Source of the DNA: Dehalococcoidia bacterium
GTDB taxonomy: Bacteria > Chloroflexota > Dehalococcoidia > UBA2979
Direction of reading: 5' to 3'
DNA: 64,000 nt
Assembly: GCA_965219085.1 (NCBI GenBank)
Contig: OZ244720.1
Coordinates: forward strand, 707,684-771,683
This document shows positions 16,372 through 25,031 of this stretch, in pieces. A program made the position numbers and the translations under genes. Positions within the stretch are counted from its first letter, which is position 1. The number at the start of each line of letters is the position of its first letter. The notes under the pieces are model-generated. The model was not told where the DNA came from, did no database searches, and was given only the letters and a program-made list of their open reading frames with translations.

Positions 16372-16904
16372 GCCGCCACCTCCACGGGCAGCGCCTGCCC
16401 GAGCGGGCAGATGCAGTCCTGGTGGTCGGGAGAAGCGTCGTCGTCGCAGTCGAGGCAGTTGCCGCAGTTGCGGCAGGCCACCCGCTGGTGCGCCGCGTCG
16501 CGGGCGTGACGCCGGGCGACGGTGTCCTCCCAGCAGCAGTTCAGCTCGCAGTTGTCGCCGTGGTCGTCCCCTGCCGCGGCGGCGTCCTGCTCGCAGTCGC
16601 GGCAGTGCGTGCGCCCGCGCACGACGGGGTGGCCGCAGCCGGCGCAGTCCCCGCCGTAGTCGCCTGTGGCCTCGAGCTCGGCCCTCACCGTCCTCTGGAT
16701 GAGGGGGTGGCCGTCGGGGCCTTCGGACTCGGCGACGTAGTGCCAGGCCCACTTCATCCCGAGGTCGGCCCAGTCCGCGGTGCGGTAGGACCAGCGGTCG
16801 CAGGTGCAGTGGCCGTTGAAGTGGTCGGGACCCTCGAGCAGGGTCATGACCAGGTCGTGCCTGCTCACGACCGGCAGCTCGTGGTGATTGGTCGTCCGTG
16901 ACAT
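16368..16904 (-). CDS. Cys-rich hypothetical protein of 178 aa with multiple CxxC-like clusters
   Basis: ATG at 16904 is preceded by AAGGAGAA. It carries more than 20 Cys, for example CAGCGH, CRDCEQD, CRNCGNCLDCDDD. Confidence 0.6.
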   Translation of the reverse strand: MSRTTNHHELPVVSRHDLVMTLLEGPDHFNGHCTCDRWSYRTADWADLGMKWAWHYVAESEGPDGHPLIQRTVRAELEATGDYGGDCAGCGHPVVRGRTHCRDCEQDAAAAGDDHGDNCELNCCWEDTVARRHARDAAHQRVACRNCGNCLDCDDDASPDHQDCICPLGQALPVEVAA

Positions 16905-17023
16905 GGTCGGGTTCTCCTTCGTGGTTGATGGTGTCCGTGATGGATGCGGCGAGGCCGCCCCCTGAGGGAGCGGCCCCGTGTGCGCCCGCGTGTCGGCGGG
17001 CGGCGTCTGTGTGCCGTGGGTGG

Positions 17024-17422
17024 CTAGAAGGGCTGGTCGTCCGCCGTCGCGGCGGCGGCCTCCCGGCTGCCGTTCCCGTTGCCGTTCGTGCGCCCGTTGC
17101 CGTTTGAGTCGAGGAAGATGACCTCCTGCGCGTGCACCTCGCTGCGGTGGCGGCGCTGGCCGTCCTGCGTCTCGTAGCTGTTCTGCGCGAGCGAGCCCGC
17201 GACGAAGATGCGGTTGCCCTTCTTCACGTACTCGGCGACGGCCTCGGCCTGCTTGCCCCAGCAGACGACGCTGTGCCAGTCGGCCTCGGTCTCGCCGTTC
17301 TGACGGCGGCGGTCGGTCGCCAGCCTGAGCTGGCAGATCGCCGTGCCGTTCTGGCTGTACTTGAGCTCGGGCTCCGTGCCCACGCGGCCCAGCAGCTCGA
17401 TGCGGTTGATCGTGCGTGACAT
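17024..17422 (-). CDS. ssb: Single-stranded DNA-binding protein, copy 2
   Basis: MSRTINRIELLGRVGTEPELKY...WH.VVCWGKQAEAV...EV.A.EVIFL forms an OB fold, with the acidic tail DDQPF. ATG at 17422 is preceded by AAGGAGA. Confidence 0.85.
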   Translation of the reverse strand: MSRTINRIELLGRVGTEPELKYSQNGTAICQLRLATDRRRQNGETEADWHSVVCWGKQAEAVAEYVKKGNRIFVAGSLAQNSYETQDGQRRHRSEVHAQEVIFLDSNGNGRTNGNGNGSREAAAATADDQPF

Positions 17423-17568
17423 GTTCAGTCTCCTTCTGGTGATGGTTGTCACCGTGGCGGTGCGGCCTCGCCGCACCTGGTTCGAAACGACGGCGGGGCC
17501 GCCCCCGTCAGGGAGCGGCCCCGTGTGCGCCCGCGCGCGGCGGGCGGCGTCTGTGTGCCGGTGGTTGG

Positions 17569-17961
17569 CTAGAAGGGCTGGTCGTCCGCGACCTCGGCGG
17601 CGGCCTGCTGGCCACCGTTGCCGTTGGAGCGCCCGGTGCCGTTCGAGTCGAGGAAGATGACCTCCTGCGCGTGGACCTCGGTGCGGTAGCGGCGCTGGCC
17701 GTCCTGCGTCTCGTAGCTGTTCTGGGCGAGCGAGCCCGCGACGAAGATGCGATTGCCCTTCTTCACGTACTCGGCCACGGCCTCGGCCTGCTTGCCCCAG
17801 CAGACGACGTTGTGCCAGTCGGCGTCGGTCTCGCCGTTCTGGCGGCGGCGGTCGGTCGCCAGCCTGAGCTGGCAGATCGCGGTGCCGTTCTGGCTGTACT
17901 TCAGCTCGGGGTCGGTCCCGACCCGGCCCAGCAGCTCGATGCGGTTGATCGTCCGTGACAT
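17569..17961 (-). CDS. ssb: Single-stranded DNA-binding protein, copy 1
   Basis: It is about 94% identical to copy 2. ATG at 17961 is preceded by AAGGAGAA, and the tail is DDQPF. Confidence 0.85.
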   Translation of the reverse strand: MSRTINRIELLGRVGTDPELKYSQNGTAICQLRLATDRRRQNGETDADWHNVVCWGKQAEAVAEYVKKGNRIFVAGSLAQNSYETQDGQRRYRTEVHAQEVIFLDSNGTGRSNGNGGQQAAAEVADDQPF

Positions 17962-18154
17962 TTCAGATTCTCCTTTTGGTGTTGGTTGTCACCGTGGTGG
18001 TGCGGCCTCGCCGCACCTGGGTTCGAAACGACGGCGGGGCCGCCCCGAAGGACGGCCCCGTGTGCGCTCCCGGAAGGGAGCGTCTCTGCAGCGCGTGTGC
18101 TCCAGGCACCTGCGATGGGCACCTCCTTCCGTTTGCTTGTTGGCCTTCAGGCGC

Positions 18155-18873
18155 TCAGGCGGCCTTCGGCGTCTCGGTCGCGCCGTCCTCCCGGAGCTTG
18201 CCGGCCGCGGCCTCCACCAGCGGGGTGAGGGCCGCGACCGGGAGCTCGTCGAGATCCTGGCCCGTGCGCTCGCGCACGGCGGACCGCACCTTCGCCTCGT
18301 CGAAGCCGCGGCAGTTGCCGAGGTCGACGAGGGTCTTGCGCAGCGACGGCGCGAGCTCGCCCGTCGCCCCGTCGCCGTAGAGGCTGTTCCCGAACTGGTC
18401 GCCGTAGCTCCGCAGCGCCCGCTTGAGCGCATCCGTGACCGCGCCCTTGTGCGCGGTCTCGTGGCCCTCGACTGTCTCGTCCGCGACGGCCTGGAAGCCG
18501 ACGTCGGTACGCGAGGGCGAGCCGGGAACGGTCACCCGCACGGTCGCGGTGTAGGCGCGCCAGGGCTTGGCCTCGCCCGTCCTCGGGTCGACGCTCTCGC
18601 CCTCCCGTAGTTCGACGGGAGCGACCAGCTCGTAGCCCCAGCCGCCGTGTCCGAAGACGCGGTTGGCCTGGTCGATGACGGTGTACCCCTCGATGTAGGC
18701 GTAGCTGCGGTTGCCGCGCCCCTTGCGCTGCGAGACGAGACCCTCGTCGAGGGGCTCGCCGAGCCGCTGCGTGACGGCGGGTGGGAGGCTGTCCCACACG
18801 AGGTCGCGCTCCGGGACGGGCTCGGGGTGGACGCCGTTGCGGCTGCCGTTGACGGTCGGTGTTGCGTTCGTCA
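18155..18873 (-). CDS. Rad52/Rad22-family single-strand annealing protein
   Basis: ATG at 18873 is preceded by AAGGAGAG. Motifs RSYAYIEGYTVIDQANRVFGHGGW and HKGAVTDALKRALRSYGDQFGN match the Rad52 N-terminal annealing domain. Confidence 0.7.
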
Positions 18874-19076
18874 TGTGTCGCTCTCCTTCGTGCTGTGCAT
18901 GGCTGGATGGACTGGTTGCGGGCCTCCCCAGGGGGAGACCCGTGCGCGGGGCGGAGCCCCGTCGGTCAGCGGTCATCGCGCCTCCTTCCGGTTGGCGGTT
19001 GGCCGGCGGGCACACGGAAGCGGCCCGGCCCCTTCGGGGAGCCGGGCAGTCAATGCCCGTCGGTGGGATGGGTTGG

Positions 19077-20123
19077 TTAGCGGGCGGCGCGAGCCGCCCG
19101 TTCGAGCAGGCGCAGGAAGACTTCCCGCCCCTGCGGCTGGGTCGCAAGTTCGGCCACGTCGGCGATGCCCTGGGGCAGGGCCACGACGGCGGCGCGGCGG
19201 CCAAGCAGGCTGGTGAGCCGCGCCGCCGCCTCGCGTCCGGCGCTGTCTGCATCGAAGGCGATGAAGACGTTGGGGCAGCCCCGCAGGGCGGCGGCCACCC
19301 GCTCCATGCCCTGCGTGCCGAGGGCGGCGCAGGCGGGCAATCCCCACTCGCTCAGGACGAGCCAGTCGAAGACGCCCTCGGTCACGACCGCCCACGGCGA
19401 GGCGTGACCGACCCGTCCCAGCCCGAGCACGGGCTTGGGGCCGGGCAGCGACTGGAAGCGGGGCGAGCGCTCCGGGTCGATGGCGCGTCCCGTGAGCCAG
19501 CGGACGCGACCGCCCGCGACCTCGGGGACGACCACCATGCCGCCGAAGCGCTCGCCGTGCTCCGTGAACAGCCCGCTCTCGCGGATCCGTCCGGAGGTGA
19601 AGCCCGCGGACGCAAGTGCTGTCCGCAGCCCGCGCCCCGGCGCATGGCCGAGGCCGAGCCGCATGGCCGTGTCGAGGTCGATGCCCCGCGAGGCCAGGTA
19701 CGCCCTCGCCTTGGCACTGCGGCGAAGCTGCCCCGCGTAGTACCTCGCCGCCGCCGTCGCGATCGCCGGGTCGGGCGGCGGAACCGCCGTCCGAGCAGCG
19801 GCCCGTCGAGAGGCTCCGAGGTGGGCAGGAGCGGTCGTGGGCGGAGAGGCGTCGAGCCGCCGGATCGCCTCCGGCAGGCTCACGCCCTCGGCGCGCTGGA
19901 TGAAGTCCAGCACGTCGCCGCCCTCGCCGCAGCCGAAGCAGTACCAGCGCTCGGTGTCGGCGTAGACGGTGAAGCTGCCCTCGGCCTCCTCGTGGAAGGG
20001 GCAGATGCCCTGCCGGACGCGGCCCCTGCCGTGCAGGCGAACGCCCGACGCCTCCACCACGTCGCCCAGCGGGTGACGCGCCTTCAGCGCCGCGATGTCG
20101 ACGCGCGCTTGCGCGGCGACCAT
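19077..20123 (-). CDS. DNA primase with a CHC2 zinc finger and a Toprim domain
   Basis: The zinc finger is CPFHEEAEGSFTV...WYCFGCGEGGDVLDF. The Toprim part is VVTEGVFDWL...FIAFDADSAG. The ATG overlaps the upstream stop as TGATG. Confidence 0.8.
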   Translation of the reverse strand: MVAAQARVDIAALKARHPLGDVVEASGVRLHGRGRVRQGICPFHEEAEGSFTVYADTERWYCFGCGEGGDVLDFIQRAEGVSLPEAIRRLDASPPTTAPAHLGASRRAAARTAVPPPDPAIATAAARYYAGQLRRSAKARAYLASRGIDLDTAMRLGLGHAPGRGLRTALASAGFTSGRIRESGLFTEHGERFGGMVVVPEVAGGRVRWLTGRAIDPERSPRFQSLPGPKPVLGLGRVGHASPWAVVTEGVFDWLVLSEWGLPACAALGTQGMERVAAALRGCPNVFIAFDADSAGREAAARLTSLLGRRAAVVALPQGIADVAELATQPQGREVFLRLLERAARAAR

Positions 20124-20587
20124 CACGAGCTGCCCTTCGCCAGGGGCCGCAGTCCCCGCAGGCTGCGCCGCGAGACGACCTTGCCGGAGTGCCAGCGCAT
20201 CCCGAGGACGGCCAGCACCTCCAGTGCCCCGCCGGGCTGCGGGGCGAGCACCGCCGCTCGCCCGGTGGCGGGGCTGTAGACGACCGCCTCGCGCCCCGCG
20301 AAGCGCCGCCGTGTGACATCGAGCCATTCGGCGTACGCCCAGCGCGCCTCCTGCTCCGTGACCCTCTTCAGGTCCGCGCCGGCGAGCACCGCGAGCGCCC
20401 CGTCGAGGTCGCCCTGCCGCCTCAACCGCCGCGCCTCGTGGACGCTGCGGGCGATGCTCGGTTCGGGTTCCGGCGACGCTCCGAGGAGCGCCTCGAAGAC
20501 CCGGTCCACCAGCTCTTCGAGGCTGCGGCCGGGGCGGTCTCCCGCCACCTCCGCAGCCGTGTTCAGCGTTCCCGTTGCCATCGTCAT
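20123..20587 (-). CDS. Hypothetical protein of about 153 aa
   Basis: ATG at 20587 is preceded by AGGAGGA. It is translationally coupled to the primase gene. Confidence 0.5.
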   Translation of the reverse strand: MTMATGTLNTAAEVAGDRPGRSLEELVDRVFEALLGASPEPEPSIARSVHEARRLRRQGDLDGALAVLAGADLKRVTEQEARWAYAEWLDVTRRRFAGREAVVYSPATGRAAVLAPQPGGALEVLAVLGMRWHSGKVVSRRSLRGLRPLAKGSS

Positions 20588-20711
20588 TTCGTGTCCTCCT
20601 GTGGTGTGGTTCCTGGTGCCGGGTCGTGCGCCCTCGCGGGCATGAAGAGGGCCGCCTCCAAAGAGGCGGCCCCATGGCTGGGTGGATACGGTGGGCCGGA
20701 GCCCAGGGTCG

Positions 20712-21215
20712 CTAGCGCCGGACCACCCTCGTGCGGCGGCGGCCGGCAAGCAGCCGTGCGACGAAGATCGCCCCGGCACCGAGCCCGGCCGCGTTGAGCA
20801 CGGCCAGTTCACCGCCGTGGCCGAACAGCAACGGCGCCGCGAGCAGCGCCACCAACCCGACGACCACCGCGGGCTTCCGCCCACGCCTCGTTGGGCGAAC
20901 TGCGGGAGCCTCGGGCATCAGCTCGTAGGCCGTCCAGATGGGCAGCCCGATGACGCCCTCGACCGCGGTGACGGCGTGGGCGCGCGTGCAGCCGCCGGTG
21001 TGGCAGCGCACATCGATGCCGTTGCCGTCGGGCCGCTGCCGGAACGCCAGCCCGTCCGACGCGCCGCCGTGGCAGATGGCGGTAGTCGTCCAGAACCAGC
21101 CCCGCTCGAAGCTCACCCGCTGCGGGATGAGGTTCGCGATGCGGCCGGCGCTCGGTCCTGTGTACTGCTGCGCCGTGGCTCGCATCTCCATGGCGTCCCT
21201 CTGCTCTGTGTTCAT
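20712..21215 (-). CDS. Hypothetical protein with a Cys/His zinc-finger-like N-terminus and a C-terminal transmembrane helix
   Basis: ATG at 21215 is preceded by GAAGGAGG. It has CHGG...CHTGGC and a hydrophobic C-terminal segment. It is the first gene of the minus-strand operon. Confidence 0.55.
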   Translation of the reverse strand: MNTEQRDAMEMRATAQQYTGPSAGRIANLIPQRVSFERGWFWTTTAICHGGASDGLAFRQRPDGNGIDVRCHTGGCTRAHAVTAVEGVIGLPIWTAYELMPEAPAVRPTRRGRKPAVVVGLVALLAAPLLFGHGGELAVLNAAGLGAGAIFVARLLAGRRRTRVVRR

Positions 21216-21790
21216 GTCTCGTGACCTCCTTCGTCACTGCTGCGTTGCTGGTGACCCGTGTCGGCATCCGTGGCTCGGGTAATGGCTGGGTTGTCGCTGC
21301 ACGCACTCCGCCCACGGTCGGATGCCGGACCGGGGAACGGGGTGGCTGGGCCGCGCTCGTGCGAAGCGGCCGGCCTGCGAATCACTCGCGGACGGGCTCG
21401 GTGCAGGGGCGGCGGACGTGAGGAACGGGCCGAGCGCAGGACGCACTCCGCCCAGAGACTCCGGGGCCGAGTGCAGGATGCAACTCGCCCGCGGTCTCCC
21501 GGCGTTCGAGGCAACGTCGGGGGAGCAGCGCTCGACCCTTCTGCTGCCTCCCGCTGCGGGAAGGCGGTTGTCCCTCACTGGATCGCCGTCGGGAGAGCAG
21601 GGCTCTATCCGTCGGGTCGGTCCGGGTCCGGGATGGACCCTCCAGGTTTCTACGGCAGGAAACGCTGGCAAAGCCGGAAACTGCTTGGCAGTGTCGCCTA
21701 GTCCCCGCACCGATGGAAGGGGGTTTGGGCCTCCCGCGCCGAATCACTTGCTGCGATGTAGCTGCGATGTAGCGGGGGCCGACCGGGGCC
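21216..21790 (-). promoter_or_regulatory. 575-bp leader and promoter region of the minus-strand establishment operon, with internal repeats
   Basis: It is noncoding. The 13-mer cgcactccgccca occurs twice (about 21300 and 21440). A tandem ctgcgatgtag x2 sits at 21751-21772. Confidence 0.4.
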
Positions 21791-22756
21791 CTACTTCCGC
21801 CACAACCCGAGGGTCAGCACGCGGCGGACGCAGCGCCAGAACAGCGCCCAGCGGCGCTCCGCCCGCGCGTCTGCCAGCGACTGCTCGCGCCGCCACATCT
21901 CCTTGTCGCGTTCGAGGCGGTCCCAGGGGTAGTAGGCCGGCAGCAGCGTCAGTGCGTGCTCCCGGATGAGGACGAGCTCCAGCTCCCGCATGCGCACCCA
22001 GGCGGTGGCGCGGGCCAGCCTGCTTCTGCCCTGGTCGATGTGCTCGACCCGCACCCGCCGCCACTCCACGATGAGCGGCATCGCCTCGCAGTAGACGAGC
22101 TCCTCGCCGGGCTCCGGCTCCAGCGTGACGATGTCAGGGTACGTTCGCCGGGGCGGGGTGCCCGCCGGTTCCCCGCCGACCGCCGGCCGTGTGTCCGGGT
22201 CGACCGGGGGCAAGGTTGCCAGCCGCCGTTCCCACTGCCTGAGTGTCTGCGCCTGCGCCTCCCGCAGATCCGCGAGGTCGCCGCGGACGGCGTCGAGCCC
22301 GCTTCGCACCGTCTCCTCCAGCGCTCCCGTGCGCTGCTCGAGGGCGCTGAGGCGCTCGCCTTGCCGCACCACCTCGGAGCGCTGATCGGCCAGCAGCCGC
22401 CGCTCCAGTGCCGAAGCCAGGCGCGGCACGAGCCGCCCCGAATTCATGCTCCGCCAGAGCGTCTTGCGGTCGACGCCCAGTTCCTCCGCCGCCTTCACGC
22501 GGCCCACCCGCTTCACGAGGTCGTGCAGCAGCGCCATCAGCCGCAGCTCGCGCACGCTCTCCAAGCTCGGCGTCTCGCCCGTTGCGTCCGGCGCTCCGCC
22601 GTTTGCCGCGCCTCCGTCCATGTTCCCGTTTGCCCCATTTCCCGGCTGTTCTGGAACATCGCCCCGCGCCCGGGGATGTGCCCGATGCCCCATATCCCGG
22701 CGCTCCTGCCCCATGGCGGTGGAATCCGCACTGGAACCGGATTGCTTGCTCGTCAC
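21791..22756 (-). CDS. HTH-containing putative regulator with a coiled-coil region; start codon uncertain
   Basis: The HTH is LMALLHDLVKRVGRVKAAEELGVDRKTLWRSM. Later it has heptad-like Leu/Arg/Glu-rich segments. The gene is divergent from the transfer genes. Confidence 0.5.
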   Translation of the reverse strand: MTSKQSGSSADSTAMGQERRDMGHRAHPRARGDVPEQPGNGANGNMDGGAANGGAPDATGETPSLESVRELRLMALLHDLVKRVGRVKAAEELGVDRKTLWRSMNSGRLVPRLASALERRLLADQRSEVVRQGERLSALEQRTGALEETVRSGLDAVRGDLADLREAQAQTLRQWERRLATLPPVDPDTRPAVGGEPAGTPPRRTYPDIVTLEPEPGEELVYCEAMPLIVEWRRVRVEHIDQGRSRLARATAWVRMRELELVLIREHALTLLPAYYPWDRLERDKEMWRREQSLADARAERRWALFWRCVRRVLTLGLWRK

Positions 22757-22872
22757 GTCCTGTAGGGGCGCTTTCCCCTTGTCCTGCCTGGGTTCTGACC
22801 GCTGGGCCGTTCCGTTACCAACGTCGCTTCTCCTTACACGGCTACCACACCACGACCGGCCCCGTGCCGGCC

Positions 22873-22916
22873 ATGCCTCATAAGGGAGGTCACGCGTGAC
22901 CTCCCTTATGAGGCAT
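22873..22916. promoter_or_regulatory. Perfect 44-bp palindrome (22-bp arms) in the divergent intergenic region
   Basis: atgcctcataagggaggtcacg|cgtgacctcccttatgaggcat is an exact reverse complement. It lies between the HTH gene start (22756) and the first transfer gene (22989). Confidence 0.9.
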
Positions 22917-22988
22917 TACCTCGCGCCGGCTGAGCCGCGACACTCCTCACCCCTGCAAGAACGCTCGTTCTGTAACAAGGAGGCGTCC

Positions 22989-23606
22989 ATGAGGCGGCAA
23001 CCAGGAACAACAGCCGGTAGGGCGAGGCGGCTGAGGACGCTGGCGGCGGCGCTGCTGCTGGCGGCGCTCGCCACCATCCCCTCGAGCGGCGTCGCCCTCG
23101 CCCAGGAGCCGCCCGCGGAGGCCATCGTGCTCGTCAACGAGACCGCCGAGGATCTCGTCGAGCGCAAGGACGACGGACGCTTCATCGCACGCCCCGTCTT
23201 CGACCGCGAGGTCCCGCTCCTCTACTACGGCGTGCGCGACGGCGACACGGGCGATTGGCTCACCGTCGTCTTCCGGGTGCGCGACGACGGCGAGGAGCGG
23301 CGCGACGGCCGCGAGTACTCCTTCGAGTACCCCTTCGAGAACGGCCAGCCCGAACTCGACCCGGAGCGTCCCTACCTGCTGGTGATGCTCGCGGGCGAGC
23401 TGGCGGAGTCGCCGCAGCCCTTCTACGCCGTCATCCCGCCCCACCAGCCCGGCGGTCTCTGGAACAGGGTTCTCGGCGCGCTCGACCCCGAGCGCTGGGG
23501 CAAGGCCGTCGCCCGCTGGGTGATCGAGGGCGCGCACGGGACGCTCTGCGGCGTCGTGGAGCGCGCCTCAGGCGACGACACCGATGTCTGCGAGGTCGCC
23601 CCGTGA
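22989..23606 (+). CDS. Secreted hypothetical protein with a signal peptide (RRLRTLAAALLLAALA)
   Basis: ATG at 22989 is preceded by AAGGAGG. It has a hydrophobic N-terminus, and its stop overlaps the next start as GTGA. Confidence 0.6.
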   Translation: MRRQPGTTAGRARRLRTLAAALLLAALATIPSSGVALAQEPPAEAIVLVNETAEDLVERKDDGRFIARPVFDREVPLLYYGVRDGDTGDWLTVVFRVRDDGEERRDGREYSFEYPFENGQPELDPERPYLLVMLAGELAESPQPFYAVIPPHQPGGLWNRVLGALDPERWGKAVARWVIEGAHGTLCGVVERASGDDTDVCEVAP

Positions 23607-24589
23607 GCGACATCTTCACGGGCACGCCGCCCGGCCTCACCTACGACCACGAGATCGTCCGCCAGGCGTGGACGGCGGTCTGGATCATCACCTCCGGCGC
23701 GCTCGTCGTGATCATCGGCTGGATGGGGCTGAGCCTCATCATCGGCGACCACCTCGGCCGCGCGCAGGCGGGCTGGCGCGAGCTGGTCCCGCGCCTCGGG
23801 CTGGGACTCGTGGCCGCCGCCGCCTCGCTGTGGTGGTGCGCGCTCGTCATCGACGTGGCCGACGCCATCTCCGGCTTCATCGCCGCCGAGCTGGGCGTGA
23901 CCGCCGGCGACATGCTGCGCTCGACGCTGCGCACGCTGCTGACGGCGGTGGCGGCGGGCAGCGTGGGCATGGGCCTGCTGCTGGCCTTGCTCTACCTCGT
24001 CTACGGCTTCTTCGTGCTCTACCTCGTGGTGCAGATGGTGCTGCGCCTCGCGCTGATCGACATCCTGCTGGCGCTCGCGCCGATCGCCCTCGGGCTCTGG
24101 ATCCTCCCGCACACGGCGGGCTGGGGCCGGCACTGGCTGCGCCTCTTCATGACGACCGTCTTCCAGCAGGCGATCCAGCTGATCGCGCTGGCCCTCGGCA
24201 TCGGCTTCCTCAACGAGTACGCCGCGATCGGCGGCGGCGAGCCGATCCAGGACCTCGTCTGGAAGCTGCTGATGTCGCTGGCCTTCATCTACCTGGCGAC
24301 GCGCGTGCCCTCGCTGCTCGGCAACGTCGGGACCTTCGATGCCTGGCTGCACACCCTCCACTTCGGCATGTCCCTGCCCGGCTCGATGGCCCGCTCGGCG
24401 CGCTCCGTGGGGCTGCTGGTGGGCGGCGGCGCGGCGGGCGGCCCGGTGGGTGCGGCGGTTGCCGCCGGGGCCGCGGGCGGAGTGGCCTCGGCGGCGACCT
24501 CGGGCGTGCGCTCGGCGGCCGAGCTGGCGACCCCCTCTTCGGGCGGTGGCGCCGCTGGCGGCGGCGCGCCCAGGAGCAGCAGCGAGTAG
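23603..24589 (+). CDS. TrbL/VirB6-like polytopic membrane protein of a type IV secretion system
   Basis: It has six or more predicted TM helices and a Gly/Ala-rich C-terminal tail, and sits immediately upstream of the pilin and VirB4 genes. Confidence 0.55.
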   Translation: MSDIFTGTPPGLTYDHEIVRQAWTAVWIITSGALVVIIGWMGLSLIIGDHLGRAQAGWRELVPRLGLGLVAAAASLWWCALVIDVADAISGFIAAELGVTAGDMLRSTLRTLLTAVAAGSVGMGLLLALLYLVYGFFVLYLVVQMVLRLALIDILLALAPIALGLWILPHTAGWGRHWLRLFMTTVFQQAIQLIALALGIGFLNEYAAIGGGEPIQDLVWKLLMSLAFIYLATRVPSLLGNVGTFDAWLHTLHFGMSLPGSMARSARSVGLLVGGGAAGGPVGAAVAAGAAGGVASAATSGVRSAAELATPSSGGGAAGGGAPRSSSE

Positions 24590-24734
24590 CGACAACAACA
24601 ACCGCAACCAGGCAGCGCGGCCTCTTCGCGCCGATCGAGACGCAAACGGAGGTGGGAGATGTGCCGGTAGGCGAACGAGCAGCAGCACCGAGAGACGAAC
24701 GAGAACACGCAAACGCGAGAGGAGCGAAACACAA

Positions 24735-25028
24735 GTGGAAGACCTGACTCAGACCATCTCCAACCTGGTGGGCATCCTGCTCGGGGTCGTCGGCGCGATC
24801 GGCGTCGGCTTCTTCATCTACGGGTCCTACCTCTACCTCACCGCCTCGGGCGCACCGCACCAGATGGAGCGCGGCAAGAGCGCGATGATGACCGCTTTGG
24901 CCGGGATCGTCCTGGCGATGGTGGCCTTCGGCGTCGTCGAACTGGTGATGGACGCCGTCGTCAACCCCGTCGTGGATGTCGACGTCCCCGAGCCCACGGG
25001 CGCGACCACGACCACAGAGGGGGGATAG
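24735..25028 (+). CDS. VirB2/TrbC-like pilin (small two-TM protein)
   Basis: GTG at 24735. It is 97 aa with two hydrophobic helices (ILLGVVGAIGVGFFIYG... and MMTALAGIVLAMVAFGVV). Confidence 0.5.
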   Translation: MEDLTQTISNLVGILLGVVGAIGVGFFIYGSYLYLTASGAPHQMERGKSAMMTALAGIVLAMVAFGVVELVMDAVVNPVVDVDVPEPTGATTTTEGG

Positions 25029-25031
25029 GCC

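Larger units (their letters stand above)
16961..18050. repeat. Tandem duplication (two units of about 545 bp) of the ssb gene with its 5' leader and 3' flank
   Basis: Segments 16961-17500 and 17501-18050 are near-identical. Each leader contains the perfect hairpin GGTGCGGC-ctc-GCCGCACC. Confidence 0.8.
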
